Shown: piece after piece, positions 59,807 to 64,000 of the stretch
Position numbering within the stretch: position 1 is the first letter of the stretch
Layout: the number at the start of each line of letters is the position of its first letter
NCBI GenBank assembly: GCA_964016885.1
Contig: OZ024741.1
Span: forward strand, 301,568,001-301,632,000
DNA: 64,000 bases
Reading direction: 5' to 3'
From: Eledone cirrhosa
Taxonomy: Eukaryota
Program-made: the position numbers and the translations under genes
The notes under the pieces: generated by a model
What the model was told of the DNA's origin: nothing
Databases searched by the model: none
What the model saw: the letters and a program-made list of their open reading frames with translations, nothing else

Positions 59807-60194
59807 TAAGATGCTGAGGTCACATATATCGTTTAATCATAATAATTATTTCTACGGTTCTCCATGCAATCCAGATGTCCTTCATGCATTTGGTGTTGAT
59901 TAAGAGAACGGTTTCCTCAGATGAAAATCAATATATTTGTTATGTCGCTGGCAGGAAAACACACATCCTAATGCCTGTGTGCCCAGCATACATATGTATG
60001 AATAGATATGTATGCTGGGCACACAGGCATTAGGATGTGTGTTTTCCTGCCAGCGACATAACAAATATATTGATTTTCATCTGAGGAAACCGTTCTCTTA
60101 ATCAACACCAAATGCATGAAGGACATCTGGATTGCATGGAGAACCGTAGAAATAATTATTATGATTAAACGATATATGTGACCTCAGCATCTTA
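59807..60194. repeat. Perfect palindrome (189-bp arms, 10-nt loop) carrying a hammerhead in each arm
   Basis: Arms 59807-59995 and 60006-60194. Confidence 0.9.
60074..60170 (+). ncRNA. Hammerhead ribozyme, extended stem II (mirror copy on minus at 59831-59927)
   Basis: tcat CTGAGGA aaccgttctc...gagaaccgta GAAA taatta TT atga. Confidence 0.6.
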
Positions 60195-60493
60195 TTTTAT
60201 TATTTTTATAAAATTCTCCATCACTACTAAAACAACGATTGTTGAGAGCCTTCTCCTGCTTACTCCTGTTTTTACCAAAACAATCTTTTACGAACACAAT
60301 GTTGCTCAAACCTTGTCTTCTTGGTCACCCACTTTGCATCCAAAATAACGATAATTGTCATTCTTTTCTTTTGTGCAGTAAAAGTTATTTTGTCACAAAT
60401 GTATAGAAATTTGGCTGTAACTAACTGCTTCTTCTAGCAATGAACTTACTGGCTGAGTATATGTATGTGTATATATGTGTATATATATATATA

Positions 60494-60689
60494 TATAAAT
60501 GGAAAAAATGAAACGAAATTTCATTTCTCACTCTTAGTACGGCTGTTAGTTAAATATAACTATGAATATATATATACATACTACTGTACGTCTGTATACA
60601 TATATGTATGTACGTATACATACTTATATTTAAGTAACAGCCGTACTAAGAGTGAGAAATGAAATTTCGTTTCATTTTTTCCATTTATA
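60494..60689. repeat. Inverted repeat (66-bp arms, 64-nt TA-rich loop)
   Basis: Arms 60494-60559 and 60624-60689, one mismatch. Confidence 0.85.
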
Positions 60690-60806
60690 GTTTTCGGTGC
60701 GCCCGGCCGATTAACTCACTGGATATGCAAATTAGGCTGCTCAGCCGTTAATATGCATAAGGAAAGTATATACTTTCAGATGTTCAATCATCTGGCAGGA
60801 AGGTAT

Positions 60807-60849
60807 ACGGTGCTGACGTTAGCTAATAAGCTTGAAACTAGTACATCGT
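60807..60849 (+). ncRNA. Minimal hammerhead ribozyme (A9>U)
   Basis: acggtg CTGACGT t-agct-aata-agct-t GAAAC ta GTA catcgt. Confidence 0.65.
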
Positions 60850-61018
60850 TCCTGTCGCTCACAGAGTGGGATTGGCTCAGTGCACAGTCTTTCCTCACTT
60901 TAAAAGAAATCTTCATGCACAGGCATTGCACGATAGCATTAATTGATAATTATCAGTAATATTATATCGTGCAATTGCCATACTCGATAACGAGGGGGCA
61001 GCCATCATATATATATAT

Positions 61019-61160
61019 ATATTTATTAAAATAACAGATTAAAGTTTAAGCAAAGAATCGCTGCTTTCACCCTTAACGGGATCTTCTGAAACTCAGATCC
61101 CGTTAAGGGTGAAAGCAGCGATTCTTTGATTAAACTTTAATCTGTTATTTTAATAAATAT
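61019..61160. repeat. Fold-back palindrome (66-bp arms) at an HHR-like core
   Basis: Arms 61019-61084 and 61095-61160; minus strand CAGAAGA t-ccc-gttaa-ggg-t GAAAG overlaps the apex. Confidence 0.8.
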
Positions 61161-61251
61161 TTGCTCTACGGTTCTTATATATTTGATATATATTTATCCT
61201 TATCGAGCCCTCTTTGGATTTTAGTCTTCAGATTTATTATTATTACTATAT

Positions 61252-61356
<105 letters not shown>

Positions 61357-62091
61357 ATATATTAGATTATCTATATATTTATGACTGATAGACGTAGTCG
61401 AACTTTTTATTAAAAAATATATTTTGGAGATGTATTTTTATATTCTTAAATTTATATTGGATCTATGGACCTGCTTTTATAAACTTTTGTAATGCTGTTT
61501 TGGCTTTCGTAGAATGCTGTGCATTATTTTATCTGTTAAGAGAGACTTGACACTCTATTATCATTTCCTTCTCTCACTTTTTCTATCTATATACATTGCA
61601 TTCTGTTCTACATTGTCTCTCTCTATCGTCTGTCGCTAATAGCCTTCCTCTATGCTCCAAAGCACCGCATTTATGCTAATATTAATAATAAAAATGATAC
61701 AGTTTAACACTGTGACAATAACATATATATGAGCAGCTGTTAAAATGCCTACCATACTTAATTATGGAATGATACACGATACCTCCCACACACACAGCCC
61801 CGGCGGACAGAATGTAATGCTTATGTTATATATCAATTTACTAATTATGATATATGCCTTGCACTATGCTTAACTTCCTTATAGCAGCATATTTCTCTAT
61901 ACCAACATGTGTTTAAGATGTTTGATGCTTTTAGCTGCTCATAATTGCATTTATATGCACATATTTTTTCATATGCCTCCTCTATCTTTGCTTTCCTCTA
62001 TTATATGAATGTTAATATTTATTATTTATGCTTTCTTCCTATATTGTGTATCCTCAAAATGTTCTTTGAGAAGTTTAATTCTGTTTTAACC

Positions 62092-62153
62092 TTTAATTTA
62101 TACTCCGATGAATCTGGCCTTGTGGTTGGATGAAACGATCGTTAGTAATTAAA
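62092..62153 (+). ncRNA. Hammerhead ribozyme (U4>C)
   Basis: tact CCGATGA atctggcc-ttgt-ggttggat GAAAC gatc GTT agta. Confidence 0.7.
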
Positions 62154-62245
62154 TGTTGTAAAACACTCTTTGATTGTTATTTATAAAGTATTTCGGCTCT
62201 GTAATATACTTACTTTACATTGAGCTATTCTCATACTTGTAATTG

Positions 62246-62420
62246 CAGGACCCGACGGCTGAGCTCCGGCCGTTTCCAGAGCTAGATCCGATCTAGCTGT
62301 CAAAACGGCCGTAGCTTAGCCGTCGGGGTCCTGACCTTTTCTTATTACCCACTCTACTACCCTAAATATCGAGTACTCTGGTGCGTTATGGTCCACCTGG
62401 TTTCTTACCACACTTTGTTT
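62246..62420. mobile_element. Family B pLTR with imperfect fold-back, fused to the preceding pLTR
   Basis: Hairpin 62246-62333 centred at 62289; retains AAAC ggcc GTA (HHR stem III). Confidence 0.7.
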
Positions 62421-62437
62421 TATATATGTGTGGGGGG

Positions 62438-62586
<149 letters not shown>

Positions 62587-62828
62587 GTGTGTGTGTGTTT
62601 TGTGTGTGTATGTGTGTATGTGTGTTTTGTGTGTATGGGGGGTATCCGAAGTTGTAGATGTTAAAGAACTCTTTAACTTCTAACTTCTACAACTTCGCAT
62701 TTTCCTCATTCTAATAATACTCCGTCCTTCTTAATGTGAAGAAGTAACATGGCGTCATGGGCTTAAATTGAATTGCATCTATGTCTATCGTATATATAGT
62801 TAGCTATTTAAAAACAAAAGGTGTTAAC

Positions 62829-62869
<41 letters not shown>

Positions 62870-63344
62870 ACACTTATTTCTTAATGTCAACATTTTCGTC
62901 CGTTGCGCTACATCTAGCCTGCTCACTACATAGTCCCATTATGATCAAAACTGCGTCAGGAAATTTTACACCAAGATTTAATAATATGTACCAAGTGAAA
63001 TTAACAGTTTTTGTTTGATCTTAAATTGCTAAAATGATTTTTTCCACACAGTAATTTAGTTTCAGCACACGGTATCTAGTCAAGTCACTTGCCTGTGATC
63101 TACATCTCCGATACTTATATATGTATATAGGGGTAGGATATGTTCGAGAAAGTAAATTTCAGTACAGTTATTTCACATAAACAGGGGTTATTTAACTAAT
63201 GATATAATCATAATAATATGTAGAGCGCTTTCACTAATTAACAGTCTTGATTGGAAAATTGATGGTTTACCTTCCCAACATCCGTGCATATACACAATTA
63301 CATAGCGATGTATGTGTATATATGTATCGAGAGAGAGAGAGAGA

Positions 63345-63433
<89 letters not shown>

Positions 63434-63544
63434 GAGAGAGAGAGAGAGAATAAGAATTGCAGCCTTTTGTGAAACTTTATTTCATATTACAATTGTTTCT
63501 ATATCAATCAGCTCGTGTTTGATTAGGCGATCGGATCCCGACCC

Positions 63545-64000
63545 TTAATCGACACTTCTGTACCCTGATCGTCACCTCGTCCCAATTCCTATCCACCTGG
63601 AAGTCTGGACCGAACCAAACCACGAGCAACTTTTACGGTCCGTCCGTCCAGCGCCCGACGATGCTGTTGGACGGCCTGGACTTGCCTCTCCAGGTGCCAA
63701 GCTTTTCCGGGTTAAGTTTCGCTCCTATCAAACTTTCATTTTCCTCCAAGAGGATGCCGACACCTCGGTTTCCGAGGTTTTCGACACCTTCACAGTGATG
63801 TCGTCCGTGTATGCCGACGCAGCCTTTCTGCGTTCCGTTTCCAGCTGCATGCTCCGCAACGGCTCCAGCTTCCGCAGTAAAAGCTCGAGACTCAATACGT
63901 ATAGAAGGGAAGAGAGAAGACCCTTGACGGACCGATCGGGAGATCTGAAATGGTTCCGAAAGGTGACCATTAACTTTGACCACCGATCAAATGCCGCTGT
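63545..64000 (-). mobile_element. Tx1/L1-like LINE RT fragment
   Basis: VKVNGHLSEPFQISRSVRQG, LLYVLSLELLLRKL, AYTDDITV, GAKLNPEK, VWFGPD; frameshifted. Confidence 0.85.

Overview
AT-rich, repeat-dominated eukaryotic DNA, most likely from an octopod cephalopod (inferred from the SINE families and the very dense (TA)n/(CA)n microsatellites). No intact host gene is visible, and most listed ORFs are microsatellite translations. The window holds fragments of Penelope-like elements (PLEs; RT and C-terminal GIY-YIG pieces), RTE, R4/Dong and Tx1-like LINEs, tRNA-derived SINEs, a Buster/Charlie-type hAT, a Chapaev3-like transposase remnant, and a heavily decayed minus-strand gene with FN3-like repeats (~2-22 kb). 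The main signal is roughly 17 type-I hammerhead-ribozyme (HHR) motifs, intact or degenerate, read by eye in short PLE pseudo-LTR-like (pLTR) modules set in (TA)n. There are also about ten near-perfect fold-back palindromes. Several are centred in HHR stem II or immediately 5' of the HHR core, some junctions between families fall at the HHR GAAA box, and one fold-back apex carries a 4x reiterated 19-mer. A 526-nt unit bounded by two HHRs (512-1375) looks retrozyme-like. All calls were made by eye; no database search or folding program was run.
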